A stretch of DNA of 32,000 nt, taken from an uncultured archaeon. GTDB taxonomy: Archaea > Asgardarchaeota > Lokiarchaeia > Sigyniarchaeales > Promethearchaeaceae. Positions within the stretch are counted from its first letter, which is position 1. The number at the start of each line of letters is the position of its first letter. The notes below the pieces were generated by a model. The model was not told the origin of the DNA. It saw nothing but the letters and a program-made list of their open reading frames with translations, and made no database searches. The stretch spans positions 1 to 32,000 of the forward strand of contig CAYRPF010000009.1 of assembly GCA_964426185.1 (NCBI GenBank), in the 5' to 3' direction. Positions 16,403 through 25,717 of this stretch are shown here, in pieces. A program made the position numbers and the translations under genes.

Positions 16403-16476
16403 TTCCCGGAGCATTGAGGAAGCTGATCAAAGGGTGATCAGTGGTTGATTGTTATTAATCTCCCTTTATTTCAGGA
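16403..16476 (+). promoter_or_regulatory. structured 5' leader of mbf1
   Basis: perfect hairpin CTGATCA-AAGGG-TGATCAG (16423-16441) enclosed by TTCCCGGAG/TTTCAGGAA pairing. Confidence 0.35.
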
Positions 16477-17100
16477 ATGGTAAATATGGGTGTAAAAAAA
16501 GAATGTGAACTTTGCGGTCGTGAAACCAATTCTCTTTTTCGGCGCGAAATTGAAGGCGTGTTGATGTATGTCTGCTCGGATTGTAAAGAATATGGCGAAG
16601 AACCTCAAGTAGATCGCCAAATGCGGGCTAAACAAGTTCGACGTAGTAGAAATAGCGAAAAATTCCATGGCATGTATGGTTCGAAAACCAATTCATCTAC
16701 AGGAACTACTCCTTCACGTTCAACTATGAGTTCTTCCTCACGTTCCCTTTCCCATTCACGAAAAAGAAAACCTCGGATTGCAAATCTTAAGGTAATTGAT
16801 AATGCCGCAGAGATTCTTAGAAAATGTCGAACTAAATTAGGGTTTTCATCGAAAGATTTCGCTCAATCAGTACTAATCAAGGAAAATTATTATAAACGTA
16901 TTGAAAAACAAACTACTCCTCTCCCAATTGATATTGCACGAAAATTTGAAAAAAAATATCACATTGACTTAATAAAAGAAGAAGAAGAAGATGGTGCTGA
17001 TCGTGAAATTTTATCACGCTTCATGGCCAAAGATTCTAAATCTTCAGAATCAGTGATTTATTTCAAAAAACGAGGTCAAAAACCCGAATACGATCAGTAA
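16477..17100 (+). CDS. mbf1: archaeal multiprotein bridging factor 1 (Zn ribbon + HTH)
   Basis: CELCG...IEGVLMYVCSDC.EYG zinc ribbon; Cro-type HTH (R.KLGFS..DFA.....E.Y..RIE.....P....ARK.EK); start may be ATG 16486. Confidence 0.9.
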   Translation: MVNMGVKKECELCGRETNSLFRREIEGVLMYVCSDCKEYGEEPQVDRQMRAKQVRRSRNSEKFHGMYGSKTNSSTGTTPSRSTMSSSSRSLSHSRKRKPRIANLKVIDNAAEILRKCRTKLGFSSKDFAQSVLIKENYYKRIEKQTTPLPIDIARKFEKKYHIDLIKEEEEDGADREILSRFMAKDSKSSESVIYFKKRGQKPEYDQ

Positions 17101-17126
17101 TTTCATTAATCTAGGATCGCTTTATC

Positions 17127-18398
17127 GTGAAAAAATACGCAGTTATAATTCAAGTCTTTCATCCTCATCTACATCATTATTCCATAACAGAGATGGAAGG
17201 ATTGGCAGAAAGCGCAGGGTACGTTATTTGTGGACATGTTACTCAAACGGTAGGGCAGATAAACCCCACCTATTTTTTGGGAAAAGGCAAATTTCAAGCC
17301 TTGCAAGCTTTTCTGGATAAATTTTTCAAAGATTCTCAAAAAACGAAAGGAAAAGATACTCCAGAAAGAGATAATTTTATTTTACCATACTCAGAGTCAG
17401 ATTCTTCACTTGATAGCGGTCTCTATGAAGATGATGATACTTCTGGGATTGTTTTTCCTTCTGAGTTAGTTAATCGTTCTCAATTGACTCTAATTTTTAA
17501 TAATCGGCTGAGTTATTCGCAGATTTCGATCTTGGCGAAACAACTAGATGTATTGGTTAAAGATCGCGATGATATAATTTTAGAAATTTTCGAATTAAAC
17601 TCCCGAACAAGAGAAAGTAAACTACAAATTGAATTAGCTCGCATGGCTTTACAAACAAATATCATCAAAAAAGAATTCGGAGCCCACATGTCAGAAAAAC
17701 AAGGACGAGATTTTATGGGTAAAGGATTGCGAGGGTGGGAACCTCAACTACGGGCATTCAGACAGCGAAAAAAAAAAATCCAGCGCGAATTAGAAAATAT
17801 TTCTCACCAACGAGCTTTGCGCCGCAAACGACGCCAAAAAATGTTCAATGTCGGAGTTGTGGGTTACACAAATGCAGGAAAATCTACTTTAATGAATACT
17901 TTGGCAAGAACTTCTTTAGAAACAGCTGATCATGAATTTACAACCATTTCTCCCGTCAGTCGTAAGGTAACTTTTCCTGAATTTGATTCTATGGGCCAAT
18001 GGATCGGTGATGAAGTGATTTTAACCGATTCTGTTGGATTTATTATGGATATGTCTCCTATGTTAATTGATGCTTTTTTAAGCACCCTGGAAGAACTCCA
18101 ATTTTCCGATTTGCTGCTTATTCTGGTTGATGGTGCGGATGAACTCTCTTTAATTGAAATAAAAATTAGTACAACTCTTTCCATTCTTCAACGAATCCAT
18201 ATTGATGAACTTCCCCGATTGTTTCTATTGAATAAAATCGATCTGTTAACACAAGATGAACTCTCAAAACGCTTGAAGGCTCTCTCCCAAATATATCCTC
18301 GAGAAAAATGGTTGCCAGTTTCTGCAAACGACAAATCTTCTTTACAAAATGTTATTAAAGCAATTCGGACTTATAAAGAGAAACATTTTCATCGTTAA
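17127..18398 (+). CDS. hflX: GTPase HflX
   Basis: G.GK, DRD.IILEIF...S.TRESKLQIELAR, G1 VGYTNAGKST, G3 DSVG, G4 NKID, VSA. Confidence 0.92.
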   Translation: MKKYAVIIQVFHPHLHHYSITEMEGLAESAGYVICGHVTQTVGQINPTYFLGKGKFQALQAFLDKFFKDSQKTKGKDTPERDNFILPYSESDSSLDSGLYEDDDTSGIVFPSELVNRSQLTLIFNNRLSYSQISILAKQLDVLVKDRDDIILEIFELNSRTRESKLQIELARMALQTNIIKKEFGAHMSEKQGRDFMGKGLRGWEPQLRAFRQRKKKIQRELENISHQRALRRKRRQKMFNVGVVGYTNAGKSTLMNTLARTSLETADHEFTTISPVSRKVTFPEFDSMGQWIGDEVILTDSVGFIMDMSPMLIDAFLSTLEELQFSDLLLILVDGADELSLIEIKISTTLSILQRIHIDELPRLFLLNKIDLLTQDELSKRLKALSQIYPREKWLPVSANDKSSLQNVIKAIRTYKEKHFHR

Positions 18399-18566
18399 GC
18401 ATTTTTGCAGAGTTTTAATCGTTTTTTTTTTACCACGAATTAAGTTAATTCTCTGATTTTACTCACAATTTCCTTATGCAATTGAATGTACTACGAAGAA
18501 GCCAAAATTTTTTTTGTTATGCGAAATTTTGTTAGGTATAATCTGATTTTTAATTGCAAGCTGAAT

Positions 18567-18649
18567 GCGGCGGTAATCAAGTGGTTAAGATGCTGGACTG
18601 CTAATCCAGTGCCTGTATGGGCGCGAGGGTTCAAATCCCTCCCGCCGCG
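18567..18649 (+). tRNA. tRNA-Ser(GCT), long variable arm, CCA not encoded
   Basis: acceptor GCGGCGG/CCGCCGC plus discriminator G; anticodon arm CTGGA-CT GCT AA-TCCAG (GCT at 18600-18602); T arm GAGGG-TTCAAAT-CCCTC. Confidence 0.97.
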
Positions 18650-18757
18650 TTTCAGAGCTTATCTTACTTATTCTCTTTTATTGAAAATATTTTAATTTTT
18701 CAGCCATTGATGAAGAATCGGCATATTTTAATAAAAGTGTTCATAATCAATCTTGGA

Positions 18758-18835
18758 ATCTTGAACTATGCAATTCTGATGTGAATTTTAAAATAATTCC
18801 GTGAATTTACGCGATTTACCTTCCTGTGTGAACTT
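18758..18835 (+). promoter_or_regulatory. phased TGAAYT direct repeats upstream of kat (candidate regulator sites)
   Basis: TTGAACTA 18761, GTGAATTT 18781, GTGAATTT 18801, GTGAACTT 18828; the same motif occurs as a palindrome at 23165-23186. Confidence 0.45.
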
Positions 18836-18908
18836 ACATAAAGCATCTGCATAGTAAGCAAAAAATTTATTACAAAATAGAGAAATTGAAAAGATTGGAG
18901 AGAGATAA

Positions 18909-20150
18909 ATGGTTCAACCGTTAAAATTAGATAAATCAAATTCTTTATATAAAGAAGCACTCGAATTAATTCCGGGCGCAATATTAGGAATTCGCCGTCC
19001 TTATAATTTTGTTGAAGGAGAATATCCCGTCTTTTTCGATCGAGCAAAGGGAGCTAAAGTATACGATGTCGATGGGAATGAATACATTGATTATCTCTGT
19101 GCTTATGGCCCCATTATTATCGGTCATCGTGAACCCGAAATTGATAATGCAGTAATTGCTCAAATTCAAGAAAAAGGATTTTGCATGTCATTAACTCAGC
19201 CTGTCCAGAACGAATTGGCTAAAAAGCTACGTTCTTTGATACCCTCTTGTGAAAAATGTGTTTTTGTAAAAACGGGTTCAGATGCAACTACTACTGCTAT
19301 AAGAATTGCACGAGGTTATACTGGTCGCACTAAAATTCTACGATGTGGATATCATGGATGGCACGATTGGTGTGTCGAAGTGAAAGGTGGGATCCCTAAG
19401 AAATTATATGAAGATGTATTTGGATTTGAGTACAATAATTTAGAAGAGCTTGAAGCATTAATGAAACAACACGGACCTGAAGTGGCTGCAATTATTATTA
19501 CCCCAGTTGGTCATCCCTTAGGTCACAAAGTTCAAATGCCGAACCCTGGATATTTAGAAGCAGTCAAGAAATTGGCTCATGATTATGGAGCCATTTTGAT
19601 CTTTGATGAAATTCGGACTGGATTTCGGGTAAATCTCGGAGGGGCCCAAAAGGAATTTGGAGTGACTCCAGATTTGGCCGTATTTGGAAAAGCGATTGCG
19701 AATGGATACGCTATCTCTGTCGTGGTTGGAAAAGCAGAAATAATGGATGTGTTGGAACATGAAGTATTTTTGAGCTCAACGTTCTTTCCGAATAGTTTGG
19801 CACAAGTGGCTGCGTTAAAAACAATTGAGATTTTGGAAAGAGATGATGTTTTAGGTGTTGTTCGGAAAAAAGGGACTAATTTTGCCAGAGGTGTGCAAGA
19901 AATCATAGAAGATAGCGGTGTTCCGTGTGAATTTTCTGGCGGTCCTTGGATGCCTTTTATAACCTTCAAGCATGACCTGGAAAAGAAATATAAAAAGTTA
20001 CGTCCGGCTTTTTACACTAATTTAATCCGGCGAAAAGTCTTTTTACAACCCTATCATCACGGTTATATAGCCTATCGTCATACTGATGATGATTTGAGTT
20101 ATACATTAGAGGCAATTCAAGCAAGCTTGCACGAAATCAAAAATTTATAA
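18909..20150 (+). CDS. kat: class III aminotransferase, probable 3-aminobutyryl-CoA aminotransferase
   Basis: GIRRPYNFV.GEYP, DVDGNEYID, KTGSDAT, YHGWHDW, IFDEIRTGFR, FGKAIANG; directly upstream of kce in the lysine cluster. Confidence 0.8.
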   Translation: MVQPLKLDKSNSLYKEALELIPGAILGIRRPYNFVEGEYPVFFDRAKGAKVYDVDGNEYIDYLCAYGPIIIGHREPEIDNAVIAQIQEKGFCMSLTQPVQNELAKKLRSLIPSCEKCVFVKTGSDATTTAIRIARGYTGRTKILRCGYHGWHDWCVEVKGGIPKKLYEDVFGFEYNNLEELEALMKQHGPEVAAIIITPVGHPLGHKVQMPNPGYLEAVKKLAHDYGAILIFDEIRTGFRVNLGGAQKEFGVTPDLAVFGKAIANGYAISVVVGKAEIMDVLEHEVFLSSTFFPNSLAQVAALKTIEILERDDVLGVVRKKGTNFARGVQEIIEDSGVPCEFSGGPWMPFITFKHDLEKKYKKLRPAFYTNLIRRKVFLQPYHHGYIAYRHTDDDLSYTLEAIQASLHEIKNL

Positions 20151-20181
20151 TGATTTTTTATTCTAATACAGGTGAACATAA

Positions 20182-21006
20182 ATGGAGAAATTAATTATCA
20201 CTGCGGCCATCTGCGGAGCAGAAGTAACAAAAGAAAATAATCCTGCTGTGCCTTATTCCATTGAAGAAATAGGGATTCAAGCTGAAAGTGCATATAAGGC
20301 GGGAGCTAGCATTATTCATTTACATGTACGAGATGATGATGGAACTCCCACACAAGATAAAGATCGATTTGCTGCTGCCATGGAAGAAATAAAGCGGAGA
20401 TGCTCAGATGTAATAATTCAGCCATCTACTGGTGGTGCTGTGGGTATGACTGATGAAGAACGCTTGCAACCAACCGAGTTGAATCCAGAAATGGCTACTT
20501 TAGATTGTGGTACTTGTAATTTTGGTGGTGATGATATCTTTGTGAACACTGAAAACATGATCATTAAATTTGCTCAACGCATGAAAGAACGGGGTATTAA
20601 GCCAGAGTGTGAGGTCTTTGACAAAGGTATGATTGATATGGCCTTAAGATTACATAAAAAGGGTTATATTCCAGGTCCTGGCTCGTTGCATTTCAATATG
20701 GTCATGGGAGTTAATGGTGGGATCAGAGGCACTCCGAGGGATCTACTTTTTATGGTGGAAAGTATCCCCTCTGATGCAACTTTCACGGTATGTGGAGTAG
20801 GTAGGGCAGAATTTCCCATGATAACTCTTTCCATCTTATTGGGCGGTCATGTACGGGTTGGATTTGAAGATAACATATATTTATCCAAAGGAGTACTGGC
20901 TAAATCAAATGGAGAATTGGTCGAAAAAGCAGTCCGCATAGCCCGTGAATTGGGTCGAGAAATTGCCACTCCTGAAGAAGCTCGAAAAATTTTGGGTCTT
21001 AGATGA
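20182..21006 (+). CDS. kce: 3-keto-5-aminohexanoate cleavage enzyme
   Basis: LIITAA..GAE, IIHLHVR, QPSTGGAV, TLDCGTCNFG, HVRVGFEDN. Confidence 0.95.
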   Translation: MEKLIITAAICGAEVTKENNPAVPYSIEEIGIQAESAYKAGASIIHLHVRDDDGTPTQDKDRFAAAMEEIKRRCSDVIIQPSTGGAVGMTDEERLQPTELNPEMATLDCGTCNFGGDDIFVNTENMIIKFAQRMKERGIKPECEVFDKGMIDMALRLHKKGYIPGPGSLHFNMVMGVNGGIRGTPRDLLFMVESIPSDATFTVCGVGRAEFPMITLSILLGGHVRVGFEDNIYLSKGVLAKSNGELVEKAVRIARELGREIATPEEARKILGLR

Positions 21007-21038
21007 TATTTTTTCTTTTTTTCTATCTTCCATTTTCA

Positions 21039-21512
21039 TTATAAGAACCTGTGGAAATGATCTTCTTTAACAATTTGTGTGATAACCAATTCTTCCATAT
21101 CTTCAATTAGATGGGAATTTAGGAGTTCTTGATGAACTTTTTCCATGAAAACTTGTTGATTCGGAGTTTTTGCAAATATTACAAAATTTTTAGTGCCTAA
21201 TGTTTCATAGATTCCCCATACTTCTGGAAGTGGAGAAAGAGCATCAGAAAATTCTTTCATAGAATTGGGGTGGATTTTTAATTTGACCAGCAAACATATA
21301 TTAAATTCATTTTGAATTTGTGAAAGATCTATATTCGCATGATAACCTTGAATGATTCCTTCTTGTTCCAACCGCTTTATACGGTAATTAATAGTGGATA
21401 GAGATACTTTCACCATTTCAGCGAGTTTAATTCGAGGGATTTGGCAGTTTTTCTGCAATTCAAACAAAATTCTCTTATCTATTTCATCCAAAAAACTTCT
21501 TCTTTCATTCAT
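21039..21512 (-). CDS. Lrp/AsnC family transcriptional regulator
   Basis: LDEIDKRIL.ELQ.N......LA..V.VS.STI.YRIKRLEQEGII.GY HTH plus RAM domain. Confidence 0.93.
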   Translation of the reverse strand: MNERRSFLDEIDKRILFELQKNCQIPRIKLAEMVKVSLSTINYRIKRLEQEGIIQGYHANIDLSQIQNEFNICLLVKLKIHPNSMKEFSDALSPLPEVWGIYETLGTKNFVIFAKTPNQQVFMEKVHQELLNSHLIEDMEELVITQIVKEDHFHRFL

Positions 21513-21519
21513 ATTTGCT

Positions 21520-23028
21520 TCACTCCGAGATTTCCTTTAAGGAAGTCAGTAATGCTAGCGTAACATCATATAAAATTTGCACATCATTAACTTTCACCTT
21601 ATAATTCGCCGGAAAAACCCCAATTTCAGTTGGCCCAATAGAAACGACCTGCATTTTTGGGAATTTTTGTGCGATAATCCCTGGTTCTAGAACCCAATAA
21701 CTCCGATTCACTCGAACTGGATGATTGATTCGATCTTGATATATGTGCTTGACAAATTGTAAAAAGGAACCAGGAACTGCAGGTTCCCATACGGGGAAGT
21801 CATAATCATTTATAACGTTCCAACCAAAATATCTGATACACGATAATGTTCGGTTAAAAGCTTGCAGCTCTGCTTGATCATCCCCACGAGATTTACATGA
21901 TAGTTCCACTCGATCCTCATAAAGTTGAATTTTTGCAAAATTGTTGGATATTTTACCCGCTTCATTTTCTACTGCAGTTTTACGAATTAATCCTTGAGGA
22001 ATCCATGCTGTTAAGCTTATAATTTCTGCAGAAGTCTTTGGATCAATTACTTTAAATTCTTGAGACTCTGTGAGTTGAATTTTCAGATCTGGTTCCAGAT
22101 TTTGACCGTATTCACTGAATCTTTTATATTTTTTAATGATATGACGAATTTCCTCTCGGACCAATTCTTCAAGTTTTGCTGTATTTGTTTCAGGCGTTGC
22201 AAACCAGACTTCAGTCGATTGAGGAATGAATCTATAAGATTTTCCTCCCGTCCAATTATTTAAGTATAGAGGATTCTGTGATTGAATGCGAACTAAAATA
22301 CGGGAAGCGATTTTTAGAGCATTAGCTCGAAAAAAGTGAATTTCTGAACCCAATTCTCCTCCTTGTAACCCAGAAACTATCAAATGACAAAATTTTAATT
22401 TAGGCTGTGTACTTTGGTCTAAATATTTAATTTTCTTCCAAAAAGTAAATTCTGCACATCCCGCGGCGCCGTTTATAATTGAACCTATATCTACTGCATC
22501 AAAATTGAGCAGATATTGGCTTTGGATGTGTATCTCATTTGGATCCAAGTACAAAGCTCCAATAAATCTACCTTCTTTTTTTACCGTAAAAAGTGCTTCA
22601 ATAGGGCCATGTTGCACATCACCGGAAGTATCGGTTAATATGGATAAAATAATTCCTACACCCACCACAGAATCATCCAATAATGGAGTACCGATAATTT
22701 CAAACCATTTTCCTTCGGGATCAAGATTTATAGAAGATGTAAGCAAATCTTGCTTAGAGTCAAAATTACTGTTAGCTAAATCATAATGAGCTTGAAGCAA
22801 AATTGAAGAAGATTGTTTAAAACCTGGGGTGGCTGATTTTGTAATAAAGATATTCCCTATAGAATCTTCTGATATTTGAAGATTTAAGTTAAATTTCTCA
22901 TTTTGTCTTACTATCCACTGCTTAATACGTTGAGGAATTGGGATTAGGGAACGATATTTTGATTTCCTTCCGTAAATTTCTTTCAAAATTGTCCAGACTC
23001 TTTTAGGGGAGAGATCTTGATATTTCAT
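21520..23028 (-). CDS. PepD (M20 Xaa-His dipeptidase)-like protein with degenerate active site
   Basis: D..GN..I.K.ATPG, LQAHYD, HGPIEALFT, GLQGG..G.EIH..RANA.K, P.W.P, SIGPT; several metal/catalytic residues are substituted. Confidence 0.8.
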   Translation of the reverse strand: MKYQDLSPKRVWTILKEIYGRKSKYRSLIPIPQRIKQWIVRQNEKFNLNLQISEDSIGNIFITKSATPGFKQSSSILLQAHYDLANSNFDSKQDLLTSSINLDPEGKWFEIIGTPLLDDSVVGVGIILSILTDTSGDVQHGPIEALFTVKKEGRFIGALYLDPNEIHIQSQYLLNFDAVDIGSIINGAAGCAEFTFWKKIKYLDQSTQPKLKFCHLIVSGLQGGELGSEIHFFRANALKIASRILVRIQSQNPLYLNNWTGGKSYRFIPQSTEVWFATPETNTAKLEELVREEIRHIIKKYKRFSEYGQNLEPDLKIQLTESQEFKVIDPKTSAEIISLTAWIPQGLIRKTAVENEAGKISNNFAKIQLYEDRVELSCKSRGDDQAELQAFNRTLSCIRYFGWNVINDYDFPVWEPAVPGSFLQFVKHIYQDRINHPVRVNRSYWVLEPGIIAQKFPKMQVVSIGPTEIGVFPANYKVKVNDVQILYDVTLALLTSLKEISE

Positions 23029-23164
23029 ATATAATTTAACTATGTGAAAATATATTTAATTAGTTTTTCGTTATTTGAAGAAATCACAAATCCCTTATAT
23101 ATTAAATTGAGTAAATTTGGAAAATAAGAAATGGTCCTTTTTAATGGGGGTTCGTTAATGATCT

Positions 23165-23186
23165 TGAACTTGATTTTTGAAGTTCA
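23165..23186. promoter_or_regulatory. palindrome TGAACTT-N8-AAGTTCA upstream of the kdd-kam operon
   Basis: perfect 7-bp inverted repeat ~50 bp upstream of ATG 23239. Confidence 0.5.
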
Positions 23187-23238
23187 CACGTTTTCTTTTA
23201 ACCAGTATTGTTTAGATAATTAAAAAAGGTGTTCAAAA

Positions 23239-24282
23239 ATGGAAAAACCAGGGAATAAATTCGGTACTCATCGGGTAATTTCACCCAAAGGAAGCTTACC
23301 TCAAAACTGCGATAAACTCGATAATAACATGGATATTTTATACGACAATGAAATTTTAATTGATGTCCAATCATTAAATATAGATTCTGCTTCTTTTCAT
23401 CAAATAAAAGAATCTTGCAATGCCGATGAAGAAAGAATGAAAGAGCGCATGTTAGAAATTGTAGCCACTCAAGGAAAACATAGAAATCCAGTCACAGGAT
23501 CGGGTGGGATGCTCTTGGGAACAGTCGAACGAATTGGATCGAAATTACAAGACAAGATCGATCTAAAAGTGGGAGATAAAATTGCAACTTTGGTCTCACT
23601 CTCTTTGACACCTTTGCGAATTGATGAAATTCTGAAAATTAATATGAACATTGATCGAGTTGATATCAAAGGTAAAGCCATTTTATTTGAGAGTGGAATA
23701 TATGCCAAAATTCCTGATGATTTTTCTGAAGCTGTCGCGTTAGCTGCTTTAGATGTCGCTGGAGCACCTGCGCAAACAGCGAAATTGGTTAAACCTGGTC
23801 AAAAAGTCTTAATTTTGGGAGCAACTGGAAAATCAGGTATGATGTGTGCATATGAAGCGCGAAAACGTGCTGGACCCACTGGTTTAATTCTTGGAAATGC
23901 ACGAAATGAAGCTCGAGCGGAATATTTAATGAAATATGATTTTTGCCATAAAGCAGTTATCGCTAATGCCCAAAATCCTGTGGAAGTTTATGAAAAAACA
24001 ATGGAAGCTACTGGAGGAGAAGAAGTAGATATAGTTATTAACTGTTTAAACGTTCCTGACGCCGAAATGTCTTGTATTTTACCATGTAAAGATGATGGAA
24101 TAGTTTACTTTTTCTCGATGGCTACTAGTTTTACTAAAGCTGCTTTAGGAGCAGAAGGTGTGGGAAAAGACGTAAATATGATTATTGGGAACGGATATAC
24201 CCGAGATCATGCTGAAATCACCTTAGAAATTTTACGAGAGAGTCCTACTTTACGTAAGATGTTTGAAGAAAAATATACATAG
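23239..24282 (+). CDS. kdd: L-erythro-3,5-diaminohexanoate dehydrogenase
   Basis: G.KFGTHRVI.PKG.LPQ, LNIDSASF, GKH.NPVTGSGGML.G, LDVAGAPAQ, YFFSMATSFTKAALGAEG. Confidence 0.95.
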   Translation: MEKPGNKFGTHRVISPKGSLPQNCDKLDNNMDILYDNEILIDVQSLNIDSASFHQIKESCNADEERMKERMLEIVATQGKHRNPVTGSGGMLLGTVERIGSKLQDKIDLKVGDKIATLVSLSLTPLRIDEILKINMNIDRVDIKGKAILFESGIYAKIPDDFSEAVALAALDVAGAPAQTAKLVKPGQKVLILGATGKSGMMCAYEARKRAGPTGLILGNARNEARAEYLMKYDFCHKAVIANAQNPVEVYEKTMEATGGEEVDIVINCLNVPDAEMSCILPCKDDGIVYFFSMATSFTKAALGAEGVGKDVNMIIGNGYTRDHAEITLEILRESPTLRKMFEEKYT

Positions 24283-24363
24283 TTGAAGAAGCTTTGATTA
24301 TTTTGTATTTTTTTATTTTTCATTTATTATTTTTTATTTATAACCTATAGATGGGTGCTGTTA

Positions 24364-25650
24364 ATGCGGGTAAATAGACGAAAAGAGTTATTCGGAGACG
24401 TTCCTGATTCAGATTGGAACGACTGGAAATGGCAAGTTCGGAATCGAATTGAAACCGTTGAAGAATTAAAAAATTACTTGCCTCTAACTCCAGAAGAAGA
24501 AGAGAGTGCAAAGCAATGCGTGGCTAAATTTAGAATGGCTATTACGCCATATTATTTGAGTTTAATCGATCCTAATAATCCTCATGATCCAATTCGCCGT
24601 CAATCTGTACCTACGGCTGCTGAATTGATTCCTTGCAAAAATGATATCGTGGATCCCCTTCATGAAGATGAGGACTCCCCTGTTCCAGGATTGACTCATC
24701 GGTACCCCGATCGGGTCCTTTTCTTGATTACAGATATGTGTAGTATGTACTGTAGACATTGCACAAGAAGACGATTTGCTGGTGGTCAAGACAAGCCAGC
24801 CTCTCAAGAACGAATTGATGCTGGAATTGAATATATTCGGAATACTCCCCAAGTTCGAGATGTTCTCCTTTCAGGTGGTGATGCACTTCTAGTTTCCGAT
24901 AAAAGATTGGAATATATCATTTCTCAATTACGGGCTATTGAACATGTTGAAATTATCAGGATTGGAAGTCGAACACCAGTAGTGATGCCCCAAAGAATTA
25001 CTCACGAATTGGTGGAAATGATTAAGAAATACCATCCGATTTGGTTGAATACACATTTCAATCATCCTCATGAAATAACCGAAGATTCAAAACGCGCTTG
25101 TGAAAGATTAGCTAATGCAGGAATCCCCTTGGGAAATCAATCCGTGTTATTAAAGGGCGTAAATGATAGTATTTTTACAATGAAAAAATTAGTTCACGAA
25201 TTGGTAAAGATCCGTGTGCGACCATATTATCTATATCAATGTGATTTATCAATGGGATTAGTTGATTTCAGAACAACTGTTTCTAAAGGTATTGACATTA
25301 TAGAAGGACTTAGAGGACACACAAGTGGATTTTGTGTACCAACATTTATTGTTGATGCACCGGGTGGAGGAGGAAAAATTCCCGTGCAGCCGAATTACGT
25401 TATTTCTCATAGTGAAAATAAAGTGGTTTTGCGTAATTATGAAGGTGTCATTTGCCGTTATGATGAACCGGAAGATTATAAGCCAGGTATAATTCACGAT
25501 GAATATGAAGAAGAAGAAAATAATTTGACTGGAGTTATTAAGCTAATCCATGGTGAAAGTGAGCATGGAAATAATATCACAATCGAACCCGCGAATTTAG
25601 AACGGCATTTACGCAATCAAAGGCGATTAAAGAAAAACAAGAAAGATTAA
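24364..25650 (+). CDS. kamA: lysine 2,3-aminomutase (radical SAM, PLP)
   Basis: WNDWKWQ, LTHRYPDR, CSMYCRHCTRRR, LLSGGD, DAPGGGGKIP; ATG 24364 (GTG 24355 is an alternative). Confidence 0.97.
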   Translation: MRVNRRKELFGDVPDSDWNDWKWQVRNRIETVEELKNYLPLTPEEEESAKQCVAKFRMAITPYYLSLIDPNNPHDPIRRQSVPTAAELIPCKNDIVDPLHEDEDSPVPGLTHRYPDRVLFLITDMCSMYCRHCTRRRFAGGQDKPASQERIDAGIEYIRNTPQVRDVLLSGGDALLVSDKRLEYIISQLRAIEHVEIIRIGSRTPVVMPQRITHELVEMIKKYHPIWLNTHFNHPHEITEDSKRACERLANAGIPLGNQSVLLKGVNDSIFTMKKLVHELVKIRVRPYYLYQCDLSMGLVDFRTTVSKGIDIIEGLRGHTSGFCVPTFIVDAPGGGGKIPVQPNYVISHSENKVVLRNYEGVICRYDEPEDYKPGIIHDEYEEEENNLTGVIKLIHGESEHGNNITIEPANLERHLRNQRRLKKNKKD

Positions 25651-25668
25651 ATTCTTTCACAAAGTAAT

Positions 25669-25710
25669 TGGGAATGGTAAAGATATTCCCACCTTTTTTC
25701 AACCAAAAGG
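25669..25710 (+). terminator. intra-operon hairpin plus T-tract, and SD-sequestering stem before kamB
   Basis: TGGGAAT/ATTCCCA (25669-25691) followed by CCTTTTTT; CCTTTT/AAAAGG overlaps the AAGGAGG SD. Confidence 0.45.
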
Positions 25711-25717
25711 AGGCGGT

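Noticed and set aside
18486-18695. 69-aa ORF
   Set aside because: Overlaps tRNA-Ser; spurious
18909-20150. hemL (glutamate-1-semialdehyde aminomutase)
   Set aside because: Lacks the HemL NSPVRA N-terminal motif; context with kce/kdd/kam favours Kat
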